From the NCBI GenBank assembly GCA_012295275.1, contig CM022672.1, forward strand, positions 33,294,001 through 33,358,000: a stretch of 64,000 bases of DNA, written 5' to 3'. Numbering within the stretch: position 1 is the stretch's first letter; every line of letters begins with the position of its first letter. The notes under the pieces are model-generated. The model saw only the letters and a program-made list of their open reading frames with translations, ran no database searches and was not told the origin of the DNA. The stretch is from Chrysomallon squamiferum (lineage: Eukaryota > Animalia > Mollusca). Shown here piece by piece: positions 1-13,683 of the stretch. The position numbers were made by a program, and so were the translations under genes.

Positions 1-600
1 TAGATCGTTGCTCTTGATTGTTGTGATCTCTTGCTTCACTGTCAAGCTTGTCTTGATAGTCTGTTTGCATTTCTTTTAATTCAGAGTATCTTGCTTTGTA
101 TAATGTGCTTCTACTACAGGAGAAAACTTTACATTACACACAGATATAACAATTCAAAGTTTCTCTTTGTGCTTTGTTGCATGGACTAGGTTGTCTGTGA
201 GTGTATGTGTAATATTCCTTGCCACCTCGTTTTAGTGTTTTCTTGATTTATTTATTATTTTTAATCATATTTTGGGAAGCTGAGCTTTTGTTATAATTTT
301 AGTTTTTAGTCTTTGGTAATGAGTTTGTTGTGACAGTATTAACCGTTCATCTGGATAATAATAATAATAATAATAGCAGAAGGATATCAAACACATCTTT
401 GTCAGCAGGAAAGTCATTAAAGTCCGGCAAGAAGTCATCTCTCATTTCTTCAGAATTATTTTACATCTTACTTTTTTTTATTTTTCTGTATCATTTCTTC
501 ATCTCTTTATCAGGGCTACACAAATCATAATGCTCAAATCCAAGGAATGGTCTGTGAGCTAAAAACACAGCTACTTTTTTAGAGTCTATTTGTTCATTTT
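1..600 (-). pseudogene. Degenerate coding-like remnant with stops and frameshifts, possibly an old DNA-transposon ORF; runs off the window edge
   Basis: Minus-strand translations give protein-like pieces (ENEQIDSKKVAVFLAHRPFLGFEHYDLCSPDKEMKK*, TLKRGGKEYYTYTHRQPSPCNK...NCISVCNVKFS, SRSTLYKARYSELKEMQTDYQDKLDSE). They are interrupted by stops, frame changes and an (AAT)n insert. Transposase identity is only a loose motif impression. Confidence 0.3.
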
Positions 601-3600
601 CATTTACAGTATCTCGTTTTGTCTTCTTTATGACACATACTCATCGCATGTGGTTACTTCATTTATTTCTTAATAAATCTTGACCAGTGCCCATTCAGTT
701 GAAGGTTTGCACCCATCCTGCTGATAGTGGCTATCTAGATGACTTGGTGGTCAGATCTTAGTACTAAAAATACTCAATATTCTGTAACAAATTGCACACT
801 TGAGTTATTTACTAGTTGTAAATGTCTTGTTCCATCGCTTTGAAGAATCAGTCTGTTCATCAAAATTACTCACCACTGATGCCTAAACTGACTTTTGTAA
901 AGTATTTTCTTAACAGAAATTGAATACGATATTTTTTTCTAAACAGTTTTCACTTTTGCTAAAGCCATATGTTATCATTTATTTTTATTGCTTTAATTTC
1001 TTAATAATTTTTTTTTTTTTTCTCTTCACATTGTGTGCATATTTTTATTTTATTTTTCTTGCTTCAGATTAATTCTGAATCTGAATAATCCAAGTAGTTT
1101 CTTTATTTTGAATTGATGTATGTCATAGCTTTTTAGCTTTGATTTGAAATGTGTGATTCTACGTTATCTGATTATTTAAAAAAGTAACCAATGGGATTTT
1201 CATTTTAATTGATATCTGTAATAACCTTGCTGGTGGTTTCATTGTTGCTGTCTCTAGCAAATTTCATTCCACATATACTGAGTAAACTGTTTCTTGATCT
1301 GCATTCAGCAGTTTACAGAGATTTGTTGAATAAAAGTATCAAAATTTGATTTAAAGCAATATTTTCATTGTGGTCCATATATGATGTTAAAAAAACATTA
1401 AAAATATTTAAATATGTTATATCATGCAATAAAGATTCTAATAATATTATTTGTAGCTGATGTTTATTTATTTTAATGCTATTTATTATGAATACTGAAT
1501 AATGTCTTTGTGATTGCGTATGTGATATACTAATTAATACTTCTTCTGTTGTCGTCTCATTTGAAGTGGGTGAGAAGATGTTAGAGAAAAGTTTGCTCCA
1601 GTAATTCTTAGATTACTCTCCTTAATATTCTACGATTGTCAATGCTATTATGCACTCTATCCAAAGTCTAGAAACAATCTGTCGAAGCCATATTGAATAC
1701 AGTCCATACCTTCAGTATATTTATAGATCCAGCAAAAAGGTTAATTTAGCCTGATGGGGATCAGTGAAGAAATAAAAGTATGTCTATAGTGTCTTGGTGC
1801 TCAGTTTCTTGTCTGTAACTGGAAAGACTTTTTTGTGTGTGGCTTTTCTGGTTTGCTATGATTAGCACATTCATTTGTTTTCAGTTCAGTTCAGTTGTCA
1901 TTGTAGGGCTGCAGTTCCTGGCCATGATGCTCAACAGAATTCCACTTGCCACACTCTTAATTGTAGTTGAGAACAGAATGTGTTCTGGTTTTCTTCAGCT
2001 GCAAGAATGGTGTCACATGTACATGTCTCTCTTGCCAGCAGATGTCTGTAGTCTATAGTCTCCCACTCTTTCATTTTTGCCACATGCAAAGTCTTCTGCA
2101 GTCACACAAAAACAAACCAAACGGATCATAACCCTGTTAAAATATAAAGTTCAAACACCATCTGCCTTTTAATCAGGATCACCTGGAGTTGAAATCTTTT
2201 ATCATCACTATCTCTGTATCTTGAAGAATTTCTTTCATTCACATTTGTTGTCTCCCAACAACAACCAGTTTGAAAAATGTGCCCCAATTATGTGTTAAAT
2301 GCTGAATTAAAATGTAAAGATAGTAAATAACCTTCGATATTGACAGTGAACGTCAGAGGGTGGTTGTAATGTCTTAATTACCAACAGGTCATATCATCAG
2401 AATTCCCAAGATATAACATAACTACCCAGTACTGTATTAAACAGTAGTTGACTTCTTTTTGTTAATTCATTTTGTATAAAGAATGGATCTAACCACCTCT
2501 GGTGGTCAAATTATCAACAGGCCAGTTTAGAATTAATAAAATAAAATCTACTGGACTGTTTACTTATATCCAAATAAATACAACTCTGCTTTTTACAACA
2601 GCAATATGACAATAGTCATTTGAAAATAGTAACTAACATGTTTACATCACTAATAAAAAAGAAAAGTTTCTGCTTGAACATAGGCACAAGCATGTATATA
2701 ATTGCTGTCATACTGCTGAACATAAATTCAAGATTATAATAATAAAATAATCAACAGCACTTCACTTAATGTATAGACACACTATACATTGTTCTGACCA
2801 GATGTAGTGGCATTTTTTTTTTTCTCTCATAAGCCTTTGTGCTGTTGTGAATTTTAAACAAATATACTGGTTCATTGGAACCAAAATGAAGGCTGTAAGA
2901 GCAGTTACAATTCTTTTTTTTTAGCAAATATTCTCTTACAGCTGATACAACTTCATTATGAGTCATAGCTTAAAAGTTATTTTATGCTGTAAATCTGATA
3001 TGTAATAAATAGTTCAGTGATTTCATTTTTTAATTTTTGACAGGAATTGCTCTTTAGATATTCTGGCTTCAGTCCCTTCCTCAGAACAAACACACACACA
3101 CACACACACACACCTAACTAGTCACATAAACTTGATCTCACACACACATAAAAAATAATATTCATTGACTGTACAGAATTGCAACTCGAAATTCAATTTG
3201 TATCATTTATTTTGAAACAAATAAAACATTGTATGAAGAACAACAAATAGTTTTTGTTTTTCCATGATTTCTAGTTAACACAGTAATCTTCAGTTGGTCA
3301 TTCTAAACAATGGAGTCTCAAAAATATCTTATAAAAGGTGAATCTTTTCTCAATATAAAATGTAACTGTTTAGTTCTAAAAATATTCCAAAGATCACAAG
3401 AAGAAAAAAGTATCTTTTATAAACTGTTTAAATTCATCTCAAAATTTTAAATAATGCAACCAAACCATAACCCTAATGTCTTTTCACCCACATATAAATT
3501 TGTGATAAATAAATTGAAATAATTTTCCATACTTTGTTGAAATATAGCCTACCATTTGCAGGTGTGATAAGCAACCATAGATACATTTTCATAAGCTTTT

Positions 3601-4163
3601 AAATGAAATGTAAACAGTGATGAAATGATATGTTAGTGTATCAATATAAAGAACATTACTTTTTAATACTAGGTGTCAAATTTTTTGACTGGAATTGCTG
3701 AGTAATTCTGTAAGCACCAAAGCAAACCCTGTCTACTATTTGCTAGAATGCAGGTAACAAAGGCAGTGATGTAAAGAAGAATTTAAATCATTTTCATTTT
3801 AAAATATATTTGTTGTTTTGTTTATATTATATTTTTGCTGAAATGTTGCATAATTGTGTCGTAACTGAATAAATTTGACTTCTCTTTTTCATTTATAAAC
3901 TGACAGATGTACACAGCAGTGATATTAAAAAGCTATTTAAATTCAAGAGTTTTGTATTTGCTGTCAATTTTTTTTTTTTAAAAGAAAACAATAAAAAAAA
4001 AATCAGCCCAAAAATATAAAAGCTGGGCATTTCAAAATTCTATATTTCACAGAATATAAGAAAGACTGGTATTTCCTTCATGATGGTTTTTTTCTTCTTC
4101 TTTTCTTTCATGATTTAAAAAAAAAATACTACTCCAACCATTACCATGTGATCATTTAATAAA

Positions 4164-5701
4164 TCAAGCTATTCTTTTTATAATGTGTACACCAGAATCA
4201 GTGTCAACGGGGCCACTCATTTCATTAACTGACAGAGAAAATGCTGCGTCTTCGAACGGTTTCTGCATTCGGCCTCGTTCAAAAGGTCCAAGATCACCAC
4301 CGCGTTTTGCTGAACTGCAGTCACTGTACTTCGTGGCAAGATCCTCGAATGTTGCCTGTCCAGCCTCTATCTGATTTCTGTAGTCTTGACAAAAGAAGAC
4401 AATAAAATTGTTATTATTAACCATTTAATGGGTAAATTACAGAGCTACAGTAATGATGATACTACAGTAACAGTAATGCAGAGTTAGTGAGCAAGCTCCC
4501 AACTGATTTCTGCACCCTTGAAAAAATATTATTATTAATGGCCAGTTATAATATATTACATTAAGAATAATACAGAATTAATCAGCATGCTTAGTGTATG
4601 GCTGATTTCTGAGACTTGGAAAAAGTAATGGCTAATTATATTTCACTAAAAATAACACAGAATTGCTCAGCAGTTTCCATAATTGTTGCTTGTCCATCAG
4701 ATTTCTGTAGCTTTGAAAAAACACCCAATATTATTATCATTATTAATTGCTAATTATAATATTAGATTAACAATAATAATATAATAATAATAATGATAGT
4801 AATAATAAATATAAAACTACTACAACAAGCAGAATAAAAATTAAAATAGTAAATCTAATAAAAAATTATTACTGTAGCTAATTATATTATACACTCACAA
4901 TGGTATGTTTATGACAGACATTTTTAAATTCACCAAAAAAAATCTATATTAAAAATGATAAATTAAGTGACTTTTCTTGTATACATTTTATGATGGTCAA
5001 AAATGCCAAATATTTGCTGTCTTCATTTTAATATAAATACTGAAGAAATAAACATAGCAACTGCCTAAATATAATGTAGTTTAATCTGATGTGTATAGCA
5101 AAACGATACACTACTGTAATAAATACATTTCATTCACAACTAGACATTAATGAAAGAAAAAGAATTTTTTAAATTTAATTTCATAAAATAAACAACAAAG
5201 AAAAAATGCTTTTCAAATCTGTTTTTCCTCAGAATAGGATTGGGAGTCAAAATTGATAAATATGTTACAATATTCTAAATGTTTGCTTCACATAAAATGA
5301 TAAATGTATAATATTATCAATTATGAGAGAAAAATACCATAATGAAATAACAGAGGAACAATGTCATGATTTATTTTGTTATTCGTACTACAGCACAAGA
5401 AAAAGAGAAGAGTTGAGTACATCATTATATTGAAAATGCTTAATTAAATAACTATCGAGGGAAACTTAGAGTTGGATTTTCCATTCTTCTTTTTGTCTGA
5501 TATGTTTCTTTTTAAATTCTTCTTTCAGTTATCTAAGCTAATTTCCTCATGGTGTCCTTCTTTTCCAGAATTATTTTACTACGTCATGACACCTCCAATA
5601 TTTTATGTGTGCAATGTCTGATCTCAATATTAATTACTTGTATAAAATTTTATAAGACAAAAAAAAAAATAAAAATAAAAATAAAATAAAAATAATAAAA
5701 T

Positions 5702-5737
<36 letters not shown>

Positions 5738-6546
5738 TAAACGAAAAAAATGTTGGTAGAAAATAGCTAACCTGCCAGTAATTGAAGAGCTTCTTCTTTA
5801 CTGCGAGTAATTTCTTCGTTTTTCCAGTTCATGGGCCGCCTCGACTCCCTGTGTTTGACTAAAAGGTGAAGACATTGAACCGTGTTTTTTCCTTGACTCA
5901 TTTCTGCTGGCGTTTTTGGAATATCCCACTGTGACTCCTTTGTGTATGTGTTTAAATAATACGGTTTTCCTGAATCAAAATTGAAATATTTTACCTATTT
6001 GACAAGTGCCCTATGTTGGACGTATGTTATTAAGATCTATTATTATAATACATTTCGCGTGAAAACTAAATTCATTTGGCTTTTATTAAATATTTATAAT
6101 TTATTTTGGCGGGGGGAAATTAAAATCTTTCCCTCAACGTTGTTTATCTGTTATTATTATTTTTTTTGTTTTAAATTACTTTACTGTACTCGTGGTAATA
6201 TCTAACAACACCAAGATACAAAAGCTAAGAATATACTTAACATTAATAAAATAATATAATACCGGTATAAAAATTACCGACTTTACGGAATTCACGAAAA
6301 CATATAATATTATAAATATAGCACTGTATCAGTGTATCATCACTGTATGGGTTATAAAACTATGAACATGATCTTATAATTAAAATTTTATCTTACATTA
6401 TCTGCTAAGTTAACTATCGATTGTTATAATTTCCAAATCTAAAAGTCACTACTAATAATACTAGTTATTGAGATTTAAAGAAATAAAACGCCCTTACCGG
6501 TAGACCTACTGACTCTTTCTTCCCAACCTGCAGGTAATCCTTCCAT
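4164..6546 (-). CDS. PIN1: Peptidyl-prolyl cis-trans isomerase Pin1 (WW + parvulin PPIase domains), about 155 aa, 3 coding exons: 6546-6498, 5969-5772, 4384-4164
   Basis: Spliced protein: [34 protein letters not shown] (WW domain)...[42 protein letters not shown]...[32 protein letters not shown]...[12 protein letters not shown]. Both introns are GT-AG with matching phase 1; total 468 nt. Confidence 0.97.
4340..4770. repeat. Old degenerate ~100-bp tandem duplication spanning the Pin1 intron-2/exon-3 junction
   Basis: The junction core CTGATTTCTGTAGTCTTGACAAAA (4371) recurs in decayed form at about 4503, 4602 and 4698. The last copy is preceded by TGTTGCTTGTCCA, compared with exonic TGTTGCCTGTCCA. 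Confidence 0.6.
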
Positions 6547-6797
6547 GGTTTGGTGCAGAAAGTTGAAATTCGGACATATTTTTATTACGGAATGGGATCT
6601 CGATATTTAATTATTCATATATATATATTGTTATAATTAATTGCCACATGTTATGTTATATGGGAGAATAAGATAAAATAATAAATAAATATACAGCGAT
6701 ATTTATTGAATTCTATCTTTTCTACTTGCGGCTGTATCACGACAAATTACTTTCTGCAAAATTGAAATATGTTTATATGAAGAAAAAAATTCTGTAC

Positions 6798-6847
<50 letters not shown>

Positions 6848-7092
6848 GAAATGTCATTGTGTTTTCATGTTCGTTATCGGTAAAAAAAATGTATGAATGA
6901 AGAATATATAAAACCACTACAACAACAGCAACCACGTCTGCTATTACTATTAATAAAAAAAATAATAATAATTGCAATAATATATCACTGTCAGCATCAG
7001 GAATATACATATGATGACAGTACTGAAAATGGTAATTAAAATAAAACAATAAAGTATTATCATTATTTCTTCCTATACCAGACCAGCATTTC

Positions 7093-7129
<37 letters not shown>

Positions 7130-7842
7130 GAAGTAGGGGAAATAATTCCTGCCTGACTGTATCTAGCGACTGCAGACAGTTCTTTCGTAGGAAAAGATTG
7201 ACTCGTTTTGTCTGTAGACAATGATATTAAATAAATAGCAATATGAACTTTATTAATCATGATGAAAAATCATTAACAGTTTGCTTAGGAGTTTCTTTTT
7301 TAGGGCTGGAAAAACGTTTTTAAAAAGGACAACTACAAAGTTATCGACAGCATCAAGTAATCTGGTATTTATAAGGATATGTAGTTGTTATCGACCGGAT
7401 GTCTTGTCCCATTGCGGTTACCGTTGTAACGATGGGAGGTTGTCGTTGTTATTGGTATTCTTCTCCTTCTTCTCCTTTTGTTGTTTTTACCATCTTGCAT
7501 TTATTTACTTATTTATTTATATTTTATTTATTTATCAGATTATTACAACATCAAATTATCGCTCAATCTTTTGTTATTAATATAATATCTGATGTTAATA
7601 ATAATTTTAAGTTCGCTGAAATGCTAATAAATGATAAGTTCCGATATTTATGCCATATTCTTTCTTTATAATTTGTTCTATTATTATTATTATTATTATC
7701 AATATTATTATTATTGTTTGCTACGTTTTGTTATTGTTAATTAATTAATTTTTTTTAGAGCTTTTATTCATTTATTAATATTTATTTATTTTCATATATT
7801 CTTATTTATTTCTATAAATATATTTTAAAAATCATATATTCT

Positions 7843-8060
7843 GTACCTAAGGTGAACAGTTTCCCCCAGGATCGTCATTTTCAAGTCTGAGTTTTCCCAT
7901 ATTGGCCACTCCGAGGCGGGTGGGTGTGTCATCACTCACCACGTGACTCCTTGTTGCTGCATTTTAGGTACGAGATGTTGTTAAAACTATTTTTAATAAT
8001 CAGTATTATTACTAAAAATGTGTGAATTCATAACGTACGTATGGGAAATTCTGAAAATTC
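7843..8060. promoter_or_regulatory. GC-richer motif cluster about 1.3 kb upstream of Pin1 (kappaB-like sites, CCAAT, E-box)
   Basis: GAGTTTTCCC 7889-7898, CAGTTTCCCC 7857-7866, GGGAAATTCT 8043-8052, ATTGG 7901-7905, CACGTGAC 7940-7947. Function is inferred from motifs only. Confidence 0.35.
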
Positions 8061-8112
8061 CACCCTCCCCTGGACACAAACCATTCAGTTATAAATTATT
8101 AATTTATTTAAT

Positions 8113-8155
<43 letters not shown>

Positions 8156-9791
8156 TTTGTTCAGCATCAACATTATTACAATAAAATTGAAATAGAAATC
8201 ATCAAGAGATAGGTTGGTGTTAATCGCCTTCAGCTACAAATTGAAATTATTTTAAGAGATTGAGCATATGCAAAAGTATTAAATTAATTTAAATGTTTCA
8301 AATAATCATCCTGTTATGAAACATTCAGTTATCTTCCCTCCCCCCGCCTAAATACTTAGATATAATTTATATCTTAACCCCCGCCCCCACCAAAAAAACA
8401 ACAACCCGGTGAGTAATAATTTCTACGTATTCTTAAAATAATAAATATTGTTCACAGTATACAACACTTTGTGTTATAACTGTAATATAATAGAGATGTA
8501 TGTAGACGGATGTCTGATGATGCCTGTATGGCTAAATGAATAGATAAATTGAAAGATAATAGACACAGATATAGACAGGTAGGTAGGTAAATGTTTAGTT
8601 TGGTAAATGCGTGGGTAAAGAGACGGGCAGAAAGACAAGATATCCCTTAACGTTAGAGCCGAGACAACCTGCACGAGACAGATATATATATACATATATA
8701 AATTTACAGCTAAGTGAAATCACGTGATAGGTGTTTTGCGGATTTTTGTTGTTTGAGATAATCTATACTTCAATAATTCTGAAAAAAAAAAAAAAAAAAA
8801 AAAAAAAATAAAAAAAAAAAAAAAAAAATAAATAAAATAAAAAATATATATTTTATTTTAATGCATCTTATCATTTATAAAACACTGCATCTCTCGATTC
8901 TGATCTTTGTTAGCTACGTGTAGCAATTAAAAAAAAAAAAAAAACTATTTTCTAAACATTACATCACTTTTGCAGCATTGCGCCTGTTTTGTACCAGAAT
9001 TATGTAAAATTGGTTTTCTTTGCAAAATGAATTTTCTGATTTTTTCCAAAAGTAGTTGTGTTAATTTGTCGAGTCCAAAAACAGGAAAAAGAGGAAAAAT
9101 AAGTAGAATGTAGCAAGAAATGAGTCCAGTGTATATGTCACATATTAAGGTTATTAACTATTTAATTTAAAAAAAAAAAAAAATAATAAAAAAAATAAAA
9201 TAAAAATAAAAATCATCATACACTGCAAATCTCTATTTAAGATGAATAATACATTTTGGATCATAAACAGCAAAATGCTGTGTTCAGAAACAGAAAAGTT
9301 GTAATGTTATCAAGACTCTGGCAATTTTGCAATTGTTTTAGCATAATTAGCCAAGTTTTAAAAAGGTAGGCTTCAGAAAAATCCTTTCAAAGACGTTGTT
9401 TTCCTATGGTTTATTAATTTCCAGTTAAAGATGAATAGTTATTTGAAGGTTTTATGCACAAATCATAAAATTAATAAGAATTGACTCAGAATATTGTCAG
9501 ACCGTTATCTTGTTACTGGACAGTGCCAGAAACACCTGCTTTTGGTGGAATAGCTCACAGATATAACACTTTCTTACATACTAACAATTTTACATGCTTG
9601 TATCTATATATATATATTATGAACAACCGTCACATGTTTACATTTACAAACGTACCTTCAGTGAATGCCTTATTTATATATCCTCATCTTCTTCTTCTTC
9701 TTTTGATCACCAAGAGCTGTGAAACCTAAACAGAACATAAATCTTTTTTTGTCTTTCTGAAGGAAACAATCAGTTAAGAATCATGCATTTA

Positions 9792-9864
<73 letters not shown>

Positions 9865-10440
9865 ATTATTTTAATTTTAAAGAAACATAAATAATATTTT
9901 AAAAACAAAAGTTCACATCCTAAAATTATGAAAGAATTCTTCATTTGAAATAACATGGTGAGGTAAATATTATAATTTTTTTTTTTTAGAAATTAAGATG
10001 ATTACATACCAACATGTCATCGTCTGACCGTTTACGGTAATAACATCAGAACTGCAAAATGAATGACATAAAGTGTTAAATGAAAGGTTTTAAACAAAAT
10101 TCATAGAAGCAGCACCATGCTTCACCTTTTGTTAGAACAACTGCGCTAACAAAACGTTCATACAAGTCAGTCATCAGTCAGCAAACTCGTCATAAAAAAT
10201 AATAATAATAACAAAAAATAAAAATAAAACCCCGTTATTGTCATATCATTACAAGACGTTGTGGAGAACACCTGGCATTCCTTATGTTGTCTTTACAGTG
10301 TTAGTAGTATTAATGATAGTTTTCTTATTTTTTAATTTTAATTTTAATTTTTTTTTAACACATTAATAGTGGGCAACAGTACCTGTAAACAACCCCTCCC
10401 CCCCCCCAAAAAAAAGAATGAAGTAGTGCAAAAAATGCTG

Positions 10441-10720
10441 ACTCTAAACCAAGGGTCACCAACTCTAAACCAGAAGTCACCAACTCTAAACCAGAAGTCA
10501 CCAACCATTTTGAACATGAGTACTACTTCATAGGTACCGAGTCATAGGAAGGGCGATCAGTTTGTTACACTCTTCTGAAATAACAAATTTGTTCAGTTTA
10601 TCTTTAGTTATATATTATTATTAATGATACCCATCTAGGTGAAAACACTGATCACGTTAATGATTTCTCACAGTAATGATCACCAATGACTTAACAAGGT
10701 TGGATACAGATGATATCGAT
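10441..10720 (+). mobile_element. Probable end of a hAT-type non-autonomous DNA transposon, with its terminus triplicated as a 21-bp repeat
   Basis: ACTCTAAACCA(AGG/GAA)GTCACCA x3 at 10441-10503, followed by ACCATTTTGAACATGAGTACTACTTCATAGGTACC... This resembles the CAGGGGTCACCAAC-type termini of hAT elements (recalled, not searched). Confidence 0.5.
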
Positions 10721-10951
10721 ATTCAAGCTTTAATTCTACTGATCTGAGTAAGTGTTTAAATATTAACGGGTGTGGTTAGCTTGACGGTTATTTCGTCTAC
10801 TGAGGTAAAATAAACTGCTTTGTCTGCATCAAGAATTTACAGTTCTTCTCAGCCCATACTCAGTGAAGTTATAAAATTTAATCTTTTTCCTCATGTGCCT
10901 TGAATCATGGAAATACCTGCCCTAAGCAATTTTTTCTCGGGAAGAAACATT

Positions 10952-12122
10952 TTAACGATCTTGACAACAAACAACAAAGAAAACAAACGTGGGTTCCATG
11001 TTGGCTGACTTATTTGTAGAAGTAAACACAACGTGTAACTCGGTGAGAGAAAGTCGACGGCCTTGTTCTGTAATCAGAGTCACAAATGTCGTATTTGATG
11101 CTGGTTGACGATGAAGAAATGTTCTGACTTCAGAAAACACTCGCTTTCCGTTTCGTGCTGAAATGAACAAAACAGAACGTCGACGAAGCGCACTCAGTTG
11201 CAATTACATGTCTGGGTTCATCATACTCGACTTATTCTCGAGATTACAGAAAGGTTCACCTTAAAAAGATAGTTTAATTTCTGAGCGATGAAGACATAAC
11301 AAAACTGCCGTAAAACAACAAAGGTTGTGGGAACTGTTAAAGAAAAAAACACTTGAAAACGTCAGTTTGCAGCTTGAAGCAGAAGCAAAAACAGAATGCT
11401 GACTTACCAGGCATAACTCTTTGTCCTCTAACAAGATTTTTCATTTCTGCAGTCTCCCCAGAGGCCAGTATCACAGTGACGTCACCGGGAAAACACCCTT
11501 TTCTGTCATCAGCTTTAGTACACGGAACACAACACGAGGTCGCGCCCTTCCCAGTCTGGCTCCCCGTCTAACACCCGCACCGACACACAAACACGTTTGA
11601 TAAACAAGGACATACGGCTGAGGGCTTGTTTAACTTTAATGGAAACAAGTAGATCATTTTGATTTTTATTTATTATTATTTTTTTAAATTTTTATTTCTC
11701 TGTAAATTGCTATGATAAGTTCTAAGAATTCACGTACTGATTGATTATTCGTGTATTTCTTAGCTTTGTGCCTGTAAAGTTTTCTTTCCGATATTGTTTC
11801 AGTACCTTTTTTTTTGAAGACAACACTTTCTGATCTAAAGCGAGTTTGAGTTTGTCATATTCGCTACCTAAGGAAGAACGTCACTCTTAATCGCTATGGA
11901 TGTTTTCATCGTGGGCGAGTTATGCATCTGCATATATTGTGAATTGCTCATGTTGGTGTAGATGTAAGCAGTTGTGGTTTATCTTTGTTACATAATTAAA
12001 ACACAAAGTAATAGGAACAAACTTGATTAAATTTCATGTATTGTTATTTACTTTATTACTTCTAGATGTTTGTATCTCTTTCAGTGATCATGGGCAAATG
12101 CTTTGCACGAACTTGTGTTAAC

Positions 12123-12158
<36 letters not shown>

Positions 12159-12205
12159 TAAAATTTGTTTTTAAGAAGGGCCAAAAAGTATAAACCCATC
12201 AAAAA

Positions 12206-12254
<49 letters not shown>

Positions 12255-13683
12255 CGGTGCAGTAAACAGAAAGAAAAATTAATTTTTGTATTAATGTAGT
12301 TTTTATAGTGTGTATGTATGTGTGCGTGTGTTTGTGAGTGAACTGGATTTTGGTGCGTCACTTGTATGTAAAAGGCAACAAAGTATAATTAAACAATAGC
12401 AGAGAAAGATTTGTTTATAGCGAAATATAATTGTTTTCATTTATAAGACTGAACTGCAATTGTAGAAACGTGATAACTTTATATCAACCACGAAATGTGA
12501 GTGACAAGATTGTTATAAAGTTTATGAAAGTTGGACAAAATTGGACTGAAACCGCCACGGCTCTAACAACCAAGGAAACCATCGAAATGGAGACAGTGTG
12601 AAACTGTGTGTGAAGTCTTGTAAGAGAACATGTGCATAGCAGGAAGCCACAATCCCATTAACAATAAACATAGACATGTTTTTACTATAAAGTAAATATA
12701 GCAATCTTGTTAGTTAAAGTTACATTTTGTTATTGTAATGTATATACAGACCTCGTGCTACCCTAGTGTAAAGAAAATGAGTTAATACATACTATGTATC
12801 ATGCTATTTCAATACCTTGTTATGAATAAAAGTGGAACAATAAACAATAAATAAATAAATAAATAAATAAAATTCAGTATTGACAGGAAATTAAAACTTT
12901 CTAAAATGATGTATTTTCCTTTTATCTTATCCTCTTCTTCCTCTAGAAATAATAAATAACATTTTGTGAACTAAACGTAAGTAATTATCTCAGTATATAA
13001 TGATAAATACTGTATTTTCTTCTTTACCTAGAAATAATAAATAATATTTTGCGAAATAAACATAAACGTTTCTCTGAATATATAATGATAAATAGTTTTC
13101 TTTACCTAAAATAATAATAAATAAACATAAACTATTTGTCTCTATGTATAATGACACAGAAGTAATAAATAACAATTTGTCAACTAAACTATGTCTATCT
13201 CAGTAGATAATGATAAATACTATATTTTCATCTTTACCTAAAAATGATAAATAACATTTTGTCAACTAAACATAATATTTATCTCAGTAGGTAATATTAA
13301 TTACTGTATTTTCTGCTTTTCCTATTAACAGTATATAACAGAGGTGATTTGTGAACTAAACATAATTATTGATCTTAATGGTAAATGCTGTATTTCAGAA
13401 AACTGAAATGGGAAATTTATTCATATGTTTTAGTAAAATAATCGCTTAGAAATAGAAATGTAGAATATTTATAAACAATTAGTATTTCTTTAGTGATTAA
13501 GGCAAAACCAGAATTTTATCATATTTATTTATTTATTTATTTATTTTTTCTGAAATATTCAACATTTGCCAACGCTATCTAACCTACAATATTATAAAAT
13601 GTTGAGCTTTGCTTAAAAAGAATCTTACCTTTGTCTGCTGTTATGAAAGAAACGAAACAAAATAAAACGACAGTGACAATCAT
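10952..13683 (-). pseudogene. Hedgehog-related Hint/Hog-domain gene (signal peptide + short Cys-rich domain + Hint; lophohog-like), disrupted and rearranged
   Basis: Exon 13683-13629 encodes MIVTVVLFCFVSFITADK (signal-like, GTAAG donor). Exon ~11617-11408 encodes AVCPCLSNVFVCRCGC*TGSQTGKGATSCCVPCTKADDRKG|CFPGDVTVILASGETAEMKNLVRGQRVMP, with an in-frame TAG at 11570-11568. The exon from 11157 encodes ARNGKRVFSEVRTFLHRQ...RRLSLTELHVVF (TxxH motif) and is truncated after EPTF. The Hint C-terminal piece FIVNGIVASCYAHVLLQDFTHSFTLSPFRWFPWLL lies out of order within 12522-12704. Confidence 0.8.
12940..13400. repeat. Degenerate AT-rich minisatellite (unit about 75-85 bp, about 6 copies)
   Basis: Recurring AATAATAAATAACATTTTGT(G/C)AACTAAAC...TATCTCAGTA...TAATGATAAATACTGTATTTTC...TTTACCTA. 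Confidence 0.7.

Noticed and set aside
11408-11500. Calling the Hint gene a true hedgehog or a mobile intein
   Set aside because: No Hedge signalling domain, no host extein context or endonuclease, and spliceosomal introns are present; it is hedgehog-related only.
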